A DNA stretch of 38,985 nt from a virus (IMGVR_UViG_3300014202_001569:90218-129202); one strand, 5' to 3'; shown: positions 7,504 through 16,977, counted from the stretch's first letter. Notes: generated by a model not told the origin, from the sequence alone. Numbers and translations are program-made.

Positions 7504-9604
7504 TCTTCACCTTCTTCTCGAAATGCCCACCGAAGATACTTTCAGTCTGCGCTTCGGGATTGGAGCCAGTGCTGATTACCAGTGGTTCGGCAAGAGCAAG
7601 GTCAATATGCAGGATTTTACCAGTTTGAATATCGAAACTGATATGCGGCTCAATACCACGTCGCTTGCCTTCACTCTGCTTCACCGAATTGGTAGCCTTA
7701 TCGGTACGAGCGCTACGCAAACCGTTAGTGGTCTTGCGGAAGGCGATAAACACTTCGTTCTTAACTCCAGGCTTACGCGGCTGGACGTTATTGTACTTAT
7801 AGGAAACCGCATCCTTACCCTTGGCAATTTCAGACAAGTAATAGCTCGGAACCTCATCCAAGCGAAGCAAGCGGCACCCGTACTGGCTTTCCAGACATTG
7901 CATAACGATCTTGGAGAACAGGAGGTCGAATGGCACCCATACGCCACGCGGACGACTCTTTCGCTTAGCCCTAATCTCAGCCGCCTGCTTAGCAACAGTC
8001 TTACCCAAAACCAGGGAAGCATTCCTGAACAGAATAGCGGCCTTTGGATCACTAGCAACGAAGGAAATGAATTTACGCTCATAAGCCTTATTGCGAAGCG
8101 CCCGTGAGTGTGGCTTGAGTTTGTATTCCTTGCCCAGCGTGCGGACATAGGTATCCAAAAGCTTCTTATTATGGGCGCTCAATACCACGGTGCGAGGTTC
8201 ACCATAGATGGCGGCACGGCCAGCCAGCCCTTGAATCATGGCGGCGGCGGTCGAATACCTCCAGGTGAAATCCATAAAGATTTGGACTTCCTTGGGGAAA
8301 CGATTCGACATACGGCCCTTAGCCGTCACCACGATCAGAAACATAATCTTGTTCTGAGCGCAATGACTGATTTGCTCCCGCAATTCCTTATAGCTCATTT
8401 GCTGAGTATACTTGATTACGCAGAGCTTACCGCCAAACTCTTCCTTAACCTTTGCTACGATCTTATCCGTGCATTCATCATTGTTGATAAAGCGTGCGCA
8501 AAATCCAGACTTGCCAAGGGTGACATAATGACGGAAGATACGATTGATACGCTTCATCAGGAGCGTGAAATAGGTATTACAATCCTTCACGCCGAAGTCA
8601 GCCCAATCAATACCATAGGTATCGCCAATCTTCTCCAGGGCTTTATGAGAGAAAGCAGCCTTGGGATAGAGTGGAATTAGGTCTGAACCTTGCAAATCAT
8701 CGAAAGAATAGATATGCGGCGTGACAATCGCCACGTCCACGTCTACATGATGACCGTTAATCATATTGAATCCAGTGTACTTCAAACCCAGCTTCAAATA
8801 GATGGGTTCGACATACTTGGACCAATGATAAGTAAACGGCGTAGCAGAAACAAAGATAATCTGGTGGTTCTGATTCGCAAACTTCTGGCGAACTTCAACG
8901 CCAAAGATAGCGTCGGCAATCGACAGTTTGTTCTCTTGGACGTGCGCTTCGTCCCAAATAGTAATGAGAGTCTTGCCTTGCTTCGTGAGCGAGTTCATAC
9001 GCTCAATAATTTCACGCTTCAAGGAAGCCTTGTTGGTCATGCTCCAGATATGCGGCTTGAAGCCACCGTTCTTACCAGAGCCTTTATCACTATCACCATT
9101 CTGGATGACATGCCCATAATTCCTAATTTCATTGCTGGAATTTTTCATATCAACCCGCTGGAGCCACTTCACGAACTTATGATAAGTGTCAGCGGTCATT
9201 TCCTCAATAGTCGTGTCGCCAGGACAGACATAGAGAAATTCGCAGTCTTGCTTATGAAGGTCATGCCACATGCGCTTAAGCCAGAGAAACAGGATGCAAG
9301 AGCCATTCTTGCCACCCTGAACAGCATTAACGGCACTATACAAACCATTGGCTGGCTTAAATAGCGTGTTAATGCCCGTCGTCTTGACAAGCATCAAGAC
9401 AGCGGATTCAATTTCGTTATCATGAATTTCAGGTGGACCGCCAGCGGTCATATAGATGCTTACTTCGTCAGTAGTAAGCTCAGAAGGCGGCATAGTGAGA
9501 AGCGGAACATTGTATTTCTTCAAATACTTGTTCACTCGTTCAGTAAAACTAACAAACCACTTCTCAAAGATTGGCTTTAGTTCATCGTACATAGAATTGT
9601 CCAA
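7496..9604 (-). CDS. superfamily 2 helicase-like ATPase (Z1/restriction-associated type)
   Basis: AVQGGKN (Walker A variant), WDEAH, VSATP, QGLAGR..IYG (motif VI). Confidence 0.7.
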   Translation of the reverse strand: MDNSMYDELKPIFEKWFVSFTERVNKYLKKYNVPLLTMPPSELTTDEVSIYMTAGGPPEIHDNEIESAVLMLVKTTGINTLFKPANGLYSAVNAVQGGKNGSCILFLWLKRMWHDLHKQDCEFLYVCPGDTTIEEMTADTYHKFVKWLQRVDMKNSSNEIRNYGHVIQNGDSDKGSGKNGGFKPHIWSMTNKASLKREIIERMNSLTKQGKTLITIWDEAHVQENKLSIADAIFGVEVRQKFANQNHQIIFVSATPFTYHWSKYVEPIYLKLGLKYTGFNMINGHHVDVDVAIVTPHIYSFDDLQGSDLIPLYPKAAFSHKALEKIGDTYGIDWADFGVKDCNTYFTLLMKRINRIFRHYVTLGKSGFCARFINNDECTDKIVAKVKEEFGGKLCVIKYTQQMSYKELREQISHCAQNKIMFLIVVTAKGRMSNRFPKEVQIFMDFTWRYSTAAAMIQGLAGRAAIYGEPRTVVLSAHNKKLLDTYVRTLGKEYKLKPHSRALRNKAYERKFISFVASDPKAAILFRNASLVLGKTVAKQAAEIRAKRKSRPRGVWVPFDLLFSKIVMQCLESQYGCRLLRLDEVPSYYLSEIAKGKDAVSYKYNNVQPRKPGVKNEVFIAFRKTTNGLRSARTDKATNSVKQSEGKRRGIEPHISFDIQTGKILHIDLALAEPLVISTGSNPEAQTESIFGGHFEKKVKNA

Positions 9605-9639
9605 ATCGGTAAAAGGAAGTTTTAGTTCGTTCTACGCTT

Positions 9640-9667
9640 ATCATAGCCCAAATTTCCAGTTTGTCAA
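9640..9667 (-). promoter_or_regulatory. sigma70-like promoter upstream of the helicase
   Basis: TTGACA-16 nt-TATGAT on the minus strand. Confidence 0.55.
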
Positions 9668-9714
9668 AAGGAATCTTTGGGCCACCAACCACAACTTCGG
9701 GCTTCTGCAAACTC

Positions 9715-9730
9715 TGGTACAATTGCAATT
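9715..9730 (-). repeat. 16-bp junction motif, copy 6
   Basis: Exact copy; supplies the TAA stop of 9729..9872. Confidence 0.95.
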
Positions 9731-9872
9731 ACCGCTCCAGTCTTTCTTGAGCAAGTTTAATCTCTTCGGTCAGCGTGCGGCCACCATATAGAGAATCCTT
9801 GATCTTGTCGTCGCCGTGAGATTCCACCCTAGCCTTGAGCTTATCAATGTATTCTTGGATGATTTCTTTCAT
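9729..9872 (-). CDS. small hypothetical protein (47 aa, not in ORF track)
   Basis: MKEIIQEYIDKLK...; ATGA overlap with the upstream stop; its own stop lies in the motif. Confidence 0.55.
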   Translation of the reverse strand: MKEIIQEYIDKLKARVESHGDDKIKDSLYGGRTLTEEIKLAQERLER

Positions 9873-10135
9873 GGTTGATACCTGATTATTTGGTTTTTAC
9901 CCCAAACACCGAACTGCTTATTGTTAGTCAAGTTAAGGTAAAACCAATCACTGTTAGCTGCTGGCTGGATAGCGATTGTTAATACCTTTTCCCATGTCCC
10001 TTGCGGGGTCGGGTCGCACGGATTGCTCTTACAGTGCATTTGAGCGCATGTATCGGGTCTTACGCAGCCCTGCTCGCATATACACTTAATAATGTCGCCA
10101 GGGCGAACTAAATCAGCGGTTATAATTTCTTCCAT
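9869..10135 (-). CDS. hypothetical Cys-rich protein
   Basis: TAAATA 4 nt upstream of the ATG. Confidence 0.55.
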   Translation of the reverse strand: MEEIITADLVRPGDIIKCICEQGCVRPDTCAQMHCKSNPCDPTPQGTWEKVLTIAIQPAANSDWFYLNLTNNKQFGVWGKNQIIRYQP

Positions 10136-10166
10136 GATTTATTTAGTGTTTTAGGTACATATCATT

Positions 10167-10778
10167 ATGGGTGCAACAAGTATAACAGGTGTCGGTCCAG
10201 GCGACTCGCATAAAAGAATAGCATATCTCTCAAGGGATTTGCCTAAACTTGAAGTAACTGAGACAACTAGCAATCCACAAGACCTTATTACAACAGAAGT
10301 TTCTGGTGGCGGTGATTTTGGTACTCAGTGGGAGCTTATGTATTCTCGCGCGGTTCCAGTTAGTGACCCCAATGATGGTTCGCCAGTGCCGAGTGGCGTT
10401 CTTTTTGATCCTTTATATGAGTGGGCATTTGGAATACATGCTATAGTTTATCCTATGGTTTTTGCCCTAGTCCCTATTACCACACCACTTCTTTTGTCAG
10501 TAATGAACCTCAATACTACTCTGGATTATGTTGGTATGCAATGGTCGCCTGACAACGGTACTACGGTATTCAATTTTTTGTCCGAACTTAATGAAATAGC
10601 TTTCTTAGCTGTTGGAGCATTATTGCCGCAGTCCACCGTCGTTCTAAATGAGGCGGGGAGTGGTCCTAACAGAATAACTGTAGATGGCACAACTGGAGAG
10701 TTTTACACTGATTATCAAGATGCGGTAACTGCTGATATTTATTTCGTTATTGCTCGCCGTAGAATTGTTGCTCTTTAA
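10167..10778 (+). CDS. putative late or virion-associated protein
   Basis: One of few plus-strand genes; TACATA 5 nt before the ATG; Gly/Thr/Val-rich. Confidence 0.55.
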   Translation: MGATSITGVGPGDSHKRIAYLSRDLPKLEVTETTSNPQDLITTEVSGGGDFGTQWELMYSRAVPVSDPNDGSPVPSGVLFDPLYEWAFGIHAIVYPMVFALVPITTPLLLSVMNLNTTLDYVGMQWSPDNGTTVFNFLSELNEIAFLAVGALLPQSTVVLNEAGSGPNRITVDGTTGEFYTDYQDAVTADIYFVIARRRIVAL

Positions 10779-10780
10779 CA

Positions 10781-11269
10781 TTATTCTGACCTCATGGTTC
10801 CGTATTCTGACCTCATGGTTCCGTCCGCAAGACAAACATGAATACCACCAGGAGTTCGCAATGACCACATGCTTTCGTCTGGCTTCCAATCATCAAACCT
10901 TTTGCATATCAATTTGCCGCCCAAATCAAAGCTAAACGTGGTTGTTGCGTCTCCATCTATATCAATGGACTCTAATTTCTTGCCTTCGAGTCGATGGAGC
11001 GCAGCCTTAATCGAATTAAAACTACCTTCATAGGGTGAATCAATCGTAGCTGCTATATCATCATCTTCCATAATTATCCACGAAGTCAACCATAATTGAA
11101 GGCCGCATTCACCCTTAATACGCACCCATCGAGTACGATGGCCTTTATGTACTCTTTCTTTATGGGCAACCAGGGATGGATTACCAAACTCAATGTTGGT
11201 GCCAGCTTGGTTGTCCCACCACGTTCCCCAAGCATAAAGACCAATAGCAGGTTTGAAGATTTCTAGCAT
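10781..11269 (-). CDS. hypothetical phage protein
   Basis: 162-aa ORF; C-terminus duplicated by a 21-bp tandem repeat. Confidence 0.6.
   Translation of the reverse strand: MLEIFKPAIGLYAWGTWWDNQAGTNIEFGNPSLVAHKERVHKGHRTRWVRIKGECGLQLWLTSWIIMEDDDIAATIDSPYEGSFNSIKAALHRLEGKKLESIDIDGDATTTFSFDLGGKLICKRFDDWKPDESMWSLRTPGGIHVCLADGTMRSEYGTMRSE
10782..10823. repeat. 21-bp perfect tandem duplication
   Basis: TATTCTGACCTCATGGTTCCG twice. Confidence 0.95.
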
Positions 11270-11793
11270 GAGTAGATTTTTTCCAAGTATTCCTTAGCCT
11301 TCTCATATCCCCAAGCATGAATATAATTTACTTCTTCATACTTGCCGCTCTTGGTTACATCTTCATTGGGGAATAGTTCTTCGGCCTTCTTCTTCTGATT
11401 GGTGCGGGTCCAGTCGATCAGAAGAACACGCTTGCGCCAACCGATCTTAATATGACCAATTGGCGTAGTGACAATGAACCACGGCAAGCGGGAGCAACAT
11501 GGATCATTACAATAGCCGTTGGGGATTTCTTCAACAAAGATATTCTTGCCATCGAATAGAGCAAGAATCTCTGCTTTTTCCTTGACGGCACGTTCGCCCA
11601 TGTTCTCATCAATGGCAACATTCTGTTTCCAAATTGCCTTAAACATCTGTTCACCTAGATTCCAAGCCACTCGTTGTTCTGCTTCGGTAGGCTTAGGACG
11701 GCCAGTAGCTATGAGAATACGCACGCCCATCGGCCTTCCATTATCGAAGGTTTCGTGGGAGTGCGCTAGAACGTAATCAGTGTCTTTAAGCAT
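11263..11793 (-). CDS. hypothetical phage protein
   Basis: 176 aa; contains EEIPNGYC...PWFIVTTPIGHIKIGWRKRV. Confidence 0.65.
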   Translation of the reverse strand: MLKDTDYVLAHSHETFDNGRPMGVRILIATGRPKPTEAEQRVAWNLGEQMFKAIWKQNVAIDENMGERAVKEKAEILALFDGKNIFVEEIPNGYCNDPCCSRLPWFIVTTPIGHIKIGWRKRVLLIDWTRTNQKKKAEELFPNEDVTKSGKYEEVNYIHAWGYEKAKEYLEKIYSC

Positions 11794-11992
11794 TATTCGC
11801 CTCGAATGTAACCACGCCGTTTTTGACAGACACGATAACTGGAATATTCATTCCGCGCACGCCCGACTCACTTTCAAACTCGAAGTTCTGGTCATTTATG
11901 GTAAAGCGAACATTGTAGCCGCCCCAAAATCCCTTATACTCACCATCAGGCGGGACTACTTCCGTCCAAACCTTACCTTTAGCATTCTTCAT
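11786..11992 (-). CDS. hypothetical phage protein
   Basis: AAGGA RBS; packed array. Confidence 0.55.
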   Translation of the reverse strand: MKNAKGKVWTEVVPPDGEYKGFWGGYNVRFTINDQNFEFESESGVRGMNIPVIVSVKNGVVTFEANNA

Positions 11993-12001
11993 ATTGTATC
12001 C

Positions 12002-12277
12002 TTATACGCTGTTGACAATTCGCAGATGCGCCACCAAATTCTTCCAACGGGGAATATCGAAGAACGGTGCGCCGTCTTTAATGTAGCCGTTAATCAGGCC
12101 CATGCGTTCAGCAACCTTCCACTCACCTCTTTCGAGCAAATCGAGCAATTCAATGCCATTATCTTCAAGCAGCATCTTGAAGAAAAACTCTTCTTTGGTT
12201 AGAGTAAGATTCTGCGACTCAGCGGATTCTTCGGTAGGCTCAATAGAACCACGCAAATTGTCCAAGAAATCTTTCAT
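12002..12277 (-). CDS. hypothetical phage protein
   Basis: TAATG coupling with the upstream gene. Confidence 0.55.
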   Translation of the reverse strand: MKDFLDNLRGSIEPTEESAESQNLTLTKEEFFFKMLLEDNGIELLDLLERGEWKVAERMGLINGYIKDGAPFFDIPRWKNLVAHLRIVNSV

Positions 12278-12489
12278 TAGTTCCTTTCAGGCTCCAAAGC
12301 ATTGAGCGTATTTTTGTTGCTTAAAGGGATAATCAGCCATTGCCGATTACGGATTAGACGTTCAGCCTTTAGCGTCCATGCTTCGGCTTCTTCGCCTGTA
12401 TCAAATGGACCAAATACCTCATTAACTTGCTCAGAGAGTTTCAGTGTTTCGCCCTTGTGTGCAGGCTCAAACATCACGACGACAAACAT
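12277..12489 (-). CDS. hypothetical phage protein
   Basis: TAATG coupling. Confidence 0.55.
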   Translation of the reverse strand: MFVVVMFEPAHKGETLKLSEQVNEVFGPFDTGEEAEAWTLKAERLIRNRQWLIIPLSNKNTLNALEPERN

Positions 12490-13023
12490 TATTTAACCCT
12501 CGGTGGGTTGTCGCCATAGCCGCCAGCACGCCACGCTTCGCTATAGGCTTTACGCTTGAACTTCTCGCCTGTTGACGGACGAACGGTATAAACCACCTTC
12601 TCGCCCTTAATACCCTTACGTTGGCTTGATCGTAGCTGACGCATACGGTCATTTACCTTGGGAAGAGTATCCGTCATCATGAGGGACTCTTTGCCCTTGC
12701 GAGTCTGGATTAGGTCAAACAACTGGCTCATTTTTATTTTCCCTTGACTTGAACAGCAAGTGAGATTCATCAAGCAAGATATAGCTGCCCAGCCGTCCTT
12801 TTTCAATAAACTCAACAACGCCATCATAATGCTCAGTGCCAGCATAACGGCATTTAAGAGCATGTTCACTGACCGCAGCGTGCATCAGGACTTGTCCCAT
12901 CGGGGACACCATAATAAATTCATTCATTTTCAGTTACCATAGGTGTTCAGCATCATGACGCCCCAAGCGATTATAATAGGGAATAGCACCATTATAATCG
13001 CTACTGCTACACGGTCCCTAACC

Positions 13024-13278
13024 TTAGTGTCCATTGACTTCCTTTCGCCATAGCTCAATTAAATATACGTTATCTTCCACCAAATGCCCGCAAGAGAATC
13101 CGTAACCAATTAGATCGTGAGGATAATCTTGGGGAAGACAGTTAATGCCAAAGATTTGACCCAGGATACACCGACTCCAGGTGCGAATATCAAGTGTATC
13201 GAAATTGATTTTAGCACGCCAATCCGAACTATGTGCATCAAGCCACTCACGGCCCTTTTGCACCGCTAGTTCATTCAT
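13024..13278 (-). CDS. hypothetical phage protein
   Basis: GAGGA RBS; ATG at 13278 (MNELAV). Confidence 0.55.
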   Translation of the reverse strand: MNELAVQKGREWLDAHSSDWRAKINFDTLDIRTWSRCILGQIFGINCLPQDYPHDLIGYGFSCGHLVEDNVYLIELWRKEVNGH

Positions 13279-13555
13279 CTTCGTCGTCCTCCTCTTCCCA
13301 CTCATCCTTGAAGTCTTCATCGAAATCGGGAAGATTGAACTTCTTAACCTCGGAAATGACTTCGGCCTTGATAAGCTGGTCTTCAATGATGCTGAGCGCA
13401 CCCTGTACCTGATTGTCGAAATCGACATAACTCAGAACCTGTTCCTCAACTTCATCAGCGTCGATTATATCGTAAATGTCGCCGCTGAACTTAACGCCAT
13501 GCGCATCAAGGACTTGCTTCACGTCGTCTTCGGTCACTTCCCATGCCATGCTCAT
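13271..13555 (-). CDS. hypothetical acidic phage protein
   Basis: GGAG RBS inside a 19-bp block identical to the one before 3975. Confidence 0.6.
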   Translation of the reverse strand: MSMAWEVTEDDVKQVLDAHGVKFSGDIYDIIDADEVEEQVLSYVDFDNQVQGALSIIEDQLIKAEVISEVKKFNLPDFDEDFKDEWEEEDDEDE

Positions 13556-13583
13556 TGTTCTATTCTCCATTGTGTACCCTGAT

Positions 13584-13599
13584 TGGTACAATTGCAATT
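13584..13599 (-). repeat. 16-bp junction motif, copy 7
   Basis: Exact copy; supplies the TAA stop of 13598..13822. Confidence 0.95.
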
Positions 13600-13822
13600 A
13601 CTCGTAGTCGAACGTCTTCATTTGACCGTTATCGAATACCCGTAGGATATAATAACGACAATCAGGTTCTTCTCGCTTCAAGTAACGCAGTTGGGCCATT
13701 GCTGCGCCAGGTCGCTTATAGGGCACGATGGTATCTCCATCTTGCCCAAACTTAATCAGGTCCATTTGCGGCGTTACTTGGACGGCCCAATAGCCAACGA
13801 TTTTTGGCTTAGTTAGCACCAT
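13598..13822 (-). CDS. hypothetical phage protein
   Basis: GAGGAG RBS. Confidence 0.6.
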   Translation of the reverse strand: MVLTKPKIVGYWAVQVTPQMDLIKFGQDGDTIVPYKRPGAAMAQLRYLKREEPDCRYYILRVFDNGQMKTFDYE

Positions 13823-13823
13823 A

Positions 13824-14183
13824 TTATTCTCCTCGGCACATACGGGCGACTACTTTACATGCCTTCTTAGCCCATTCAGGGTTCATAAACATGACAGGCT
13901 CAGTTGTCAATTCTTCCTTGCCACGCCGAACGCACCGACCGACTCCGATGGTCATGTTTGTCAGACCATCCGACATTTGAATTGGGCAGCTTTCAATGAC
14001 GGAATTAGAAAGGTTATCCATCAAATCAAACCATACTGGTGCAAGGAAGACTGTATCGCCTTCCATTTCCTTGAGAACGCACCAGTAATCATGCGGCTTC
14101 GGCTTGCCACCATCGTCATCGAAGGTCCAAAAGCCATCATCTTCGTGGGCAAGTTGCGGGTTATTATAGATATAGCCTCTCAC
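13824..14183 (-). CDS. hypothetical phage protein
   Basis: GTGA overlap with the upstream gene. Confidence 0.55.
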   Translation of the reverse strand: MRGYIYNNPQLAHEDDGFWTFDDDGGKPKPHDYWCVLKEMEGDTVFLAPVWFDLMDNLSNSVIESCPIQMSDGLTNMTIGVGRCVRRGKEELTTEPVMFMNPEWAKKACKVVARMCRGE

Positions 14184-14389
14184 TTTAGTCCATCCTTAAT
14201 AGTGTGATTGGCGGTACGACGCAGGCGGCGGGTCAGAATACGTTTACGGTACTTCTTGCCATCCTGCCCCCAAACTTCATTGCCAGGGCCAGCAGGATCG
14301 CTCTTAGGAATCTTGACGTGGCCACGCTCAACGTCCACGGTATCACCGTAGGTTAGCCAGCCAGGAATGTTGCGTTTTGTGTTGCTCAT
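14180..14389 (-). CDS. hypothetical basic phage protein
   Basis: GAGGA RBS directly after motif copy 8. Confidence 0.6.
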   Translation of the reverse strand: MSNTKRNIPGWLTYGDTVDVERGHVKIPKSDPAGPGNEVWGQDGKKYRKRILTRRLRRTANHTIKDGLK

Positions 14390-14398
14390 ACTATCCTC

Positions 14399-14414
14399 TG
14401 GTACAATTGCAATT
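14399..14414 (-). repeat. 16-bp junction motif, copy 8
   Basis: Exact copy; supplies the TAA stop of 14413..14772. Confidence 0.95.
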
Positions 14415-14772
14415 ACCTAATGTAGCCAAGAAGAGTGCTATACCGCTTTCTAATTATTTTTCTCTCGTTGACTTTAACGCCACCATGCGCCCATAGACAT
14501 AAGGCAATTTCAAACAAATTGTTGTCTACTTTATGGATTGATTCTACTTCCCAATAGCCGTCTTCAAACACCAGTTTCATTGTCGGCTTAATATCACGGA
14601 CATGAATCGCTGGCACCCTGCCATAACCCGCAATGGCAATTTCAATCTCATTGCATTTTGCCAGCAATTCTCTTTCAAAGGCGGTGAGTTTGTCAGGGGC
14701 AGCCCATTTAAGCGTACCTTCGGCCCATTCAAGGATTTTAATGGCACGGTTGCCCGTCATGCCTTTTCCCAT
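14413..14772 (-). CDS. hypothetical phage protein
   Basis: GGAG RBS; 119 aa. Confidence 0.6.
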   Translation of the reverse strand: MGKGMTGNRAIKILEWAEGTLKWAAPDKLTAFERELLAKCNEIEIAIAGYGRVPAIHVRDIKPTMKLVFEDGYWEVESIHKVDNNLFEIALCLWAHGGVKVNERKIIRKRYSTLLGYIR

Positions 14773-15014
14773 AGTTGTCTCTCCGCATCATTACAGAACT
14801 TCGTGCGGACAACGCCTTTGCTTTTTTCAAACTTAAAGCAAGCCAAATCATGGGCTTGCATTCCTTCGTGGTCCACCCAATTAAAGCCGCATTCACAATG
14901 ACGGACTGGCGTATCGCAATTAAACGTATCGCCAGCTTGTCCCCATTTAAGCACTTCATGCTCAATGGTAGTCGTGATATTCTTACCGCCGCATTCAGGA
15001 CAATCCATGTTCAC
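14757..15014 (-). CDS. YgiT/MqsA N-terminal-type zinc finger protein
   Basis: CPECGG...DTPVRHCECG; start may be 15008. Confidence 0.6.
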   Translation of the reverse strand: MNMDCPECGGKNITTTIEHEVLKWGQAGDTFNCDTPVRHCECGFNWVDHEGMQAHDLACFKFEKSKGVVRTKFCNDAERQLWEKA

Positions 15015-15321
15015 CTTTCATCTTAGCAATATGTTCCTTAAGCCAAATTAACCGTTCTTTCTCATCCATTAGCTTTGTCTTAGCCTCACGCATTGCGCGG
15101 CCATTAAGACAAATGCAATAGTTCAGACGGCCAGCCTTGATGCCAGCACCTGAATTAGCAGTTTCCCGCGTGTCGATCACGCCGCTATTACCGCACAACG
15201 AACATAGCCCGCCGAAATCGCAACAGTCAGTATTGTTGTAATATTTATCGCAATAGTCATCAATGACTTTGCCTTGGAGTCGCTGAATGTCAGCGTTAGA
15301 TAGTTCCTGGCGGTTCGGCAT
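14995..15321 (-). CDS. Cys-rich hypothetical protein
   Basis: CSLCGNSG...YCIC. Confidence 0.55.
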   Translation of the reverse strand: MPNRQELSNADIQRLQGKVIDDYCDKYYNNTDCCDFGGLCSLCGNSGVIDTRETANSGAGIKAGRLNYCICLNGRAMREAKTKLMDEKERLIWLKEHIAKMKGEHGLS

Positions 15322-15520
15322 TTGGGATACTCCGTGGTCTTGTGTTTACTTTGTTTCTTAGGACGTTCATGGCGCGGAGCAATTCGTTTTGACACCGCAT
15401 GGCTTCTTCCCAATTATCTCCATAATCACCGCCCGTCGAGGCATCGGTTACAGCTTTCTGGAGAAGAACGTAAACATTTTGAGCTAGATTGTTAGCTTCT
15501 TTCGTTAGTTCAACGCTCAT
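15296..15520 (-). CDS. hypothetical phage protein
   Basis: GGGAG RBS. Confidence 0.5.
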   Translation of the reverse strand: MSVELTKEANNLAQNVYVLLQKAVTDASTGGDYGDNWEEAMRCQNELLRAMNVLRNKVNTRPRSIPNAEPPGTI

Positions 15521-15809
15521 AAAGCTCCCAATGATGATCGAACCCGTAATCTTCGTGCGAATCGTTTAGCTCTGGAGTTGCCTTTGCCTTACTTGGACGG
15601 AAGAGTTCCTCTTCGTCTTCACCGTCTTCCTTGGAGAATATCTCTTGCAGACAGTCGGCACAGAGATTAACCTCTTGCAAACCCTGGCCACGCCTATACT
15701 TATTGAGACAATTCTGGCACGTTACGGTCTGCTCGCATTGTCCGCAAAGCTGGTCCCAGGCTAGCGACTCATTGCCACATCCGTTACAAATTGCTGGTGC
15801 GTTTTCCAT
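15510..15809 (-). CDS. double zinc-finger protein
   Basis: Four CxxC pairs. Confidence 0.6.
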   Translation of the reverse strand: MENAPAICNGCGNESLAWDQLCGQCEQTVTCQNCLNKYRRGQGLQEVNLCADCLQEIFSKEDGEDEEELFRPSKAKATPELNDSHEDYGFDHHWELYER

Positions 15810-16023
15810 AATTACATTCCTTGTGATTAATTATTCTATTTTCTAATTCTTCGGTATTTAGGACTATTAACTCGTCAATATGCCAGTCTTTTTCTTCTGG
15901 AGTCTCCGTTCCAAACTCAGGATCGTGCATACAGCCGCAAAACAATTTTACCTTATAGACCTCTTGCGGCGGGTCATACTCTGAATCAATTCTTCGGACA
16001 ACCTGCCCGAACGAATTAGGCAT
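15784..16023 (-). CDS. hypothetical phage protein
   Basis: ORF in the array; the true start may lie upstream. Confidence 0.45.
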   Translation of the reverse strand: MPNSFGQVVRRIDSEYDPPQEVYKVKLFCGCMHDPEFGTETPEEKDWHIDELIVLNTEELENRIINHKECNYGKRTSNL

Positions 16024-16082
16024 TCAGGTAAATAAATCGAAATCTTCGCAATGGTTAGGAGTACGGGCAACCCATTTGCCTA

Positions 16083-16472
16083 TCATCGCTTCCTTCCAGT
16101 CTTAAACCAGGGCAATTCAATAGGAGCAAAATAAGTATTGAACTTGAAAAGTTTGGATTTCAATACCTTGATTGCCCACCTATATTGCTCCTCAAATAGC
16201 GGGTAATAGCACTTAGGAGATTTAGTGCGTTCGGCAACGAAATTGACCGAATTAGCCCAGCGGTCAAAAGTTTTACGTTCCGCTAACTGAATCTGCACGT
16301 TTTCTTCATTGTCCAAGATACGAATATAGAACAATGGAGTCATAAACGTGGCATAGCCGCCTGTGCTATAAGTCTTAGTGCAGTTTGGGATGGCTTTAAC
16401 TTCCTTAACTGCTTTCTTATAGTCATAGGACGGCACTACGCTAGTTTTACTTGCGGACACGTTCATGGACAA
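16083..16472 (-). CDS. hypothetical phage protein
   Basis: Probable ATG at 16466 overlapping the upstream stop. Confidence 0.55.
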   Translation of the reverse strand: MSMNVSASKTSVVPSYDYKKAVKEVKAIPNCTKTYSTGGYATFMTPLFYIRILDNEENVQIQLAERKTFDRWANSVNFVAERTKSPKCYYPLFEEQYRWAIKVLKSKLFKFNTYFAPIELPWFKTGRKR

Positions 16473-16969
16473 AACCTTATATTGGGGTCCAAATAGTGTT
16501 TATAAGCAACAGGCTCAGAGACTCCATACTTAACTATGTTATTCATAATGGTCTTTTTAGGAACCATTACGCCAATATAAACTGAGTCTAGGCTATTGCT
16601 TTCAATCTTCTGACGGGCGAGTGACCTGTCCCGTGCTTCAAGCGTGAAATCTACTACCTTACCGTCAATAACGATCCACGCATGATGCACGGGGATTAGA
16701 CTATCGTAACAATAACCCTCAAAGTATTCGCCATGCTCGCAAGTTAGACGATACATTTGAGCATTATAGAAACATTCTTTGCTCTTGGGCCGACGACGCT
16801 TCTTCCATTCGCTGGCTTCTTTCAGAGTCTTGGCTAGAATAGACTCAATGAAAGCGGTGCCTTGTTCGAGGATCAGGGTATCAAACTTGGCAATAGCGTG
16901 ACCCTTGAACGCCGTTGAAGTTTGCGTAAGGTAGTTTCGCAGTTGCTCAAGTTTTTCTTGTTTGTCCAT
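16463..16969 (-). CDS. transglutaminase/papain-like fold protein (tentative)
   Basis: CFYNA...HHAW...VVDFT gives a Cys-His-Asp order; ATG at 16969 after motif copy 9. Confidence 0.5.
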   Translation of the reverse strand: MDKQEKLEQLRNYLTQTSTAFKGHAIAKFDTLILEQGTAFIESILAKTLKEASEWKKRRRPKSKECFYNAQMYRLTCEHGEYFEGYCYDSLIPVHHAWIVIDGKVVDFTLEARDRSLARQKIESNSLDSVYIGVMVPKKTIMNNIVKYGVSEPVAYKHYLDPNIRFCP

Positions 16970-16977
16970 ACTATCAC

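Noticed and set aside
7523-9364. Long plus-strand ORFs antisense to the helicase (also 3421..3993, 29641..30498, 35205..35711)
   Set aside because: Shadow frames of real minus-strand genes, with no motifs or RBS.
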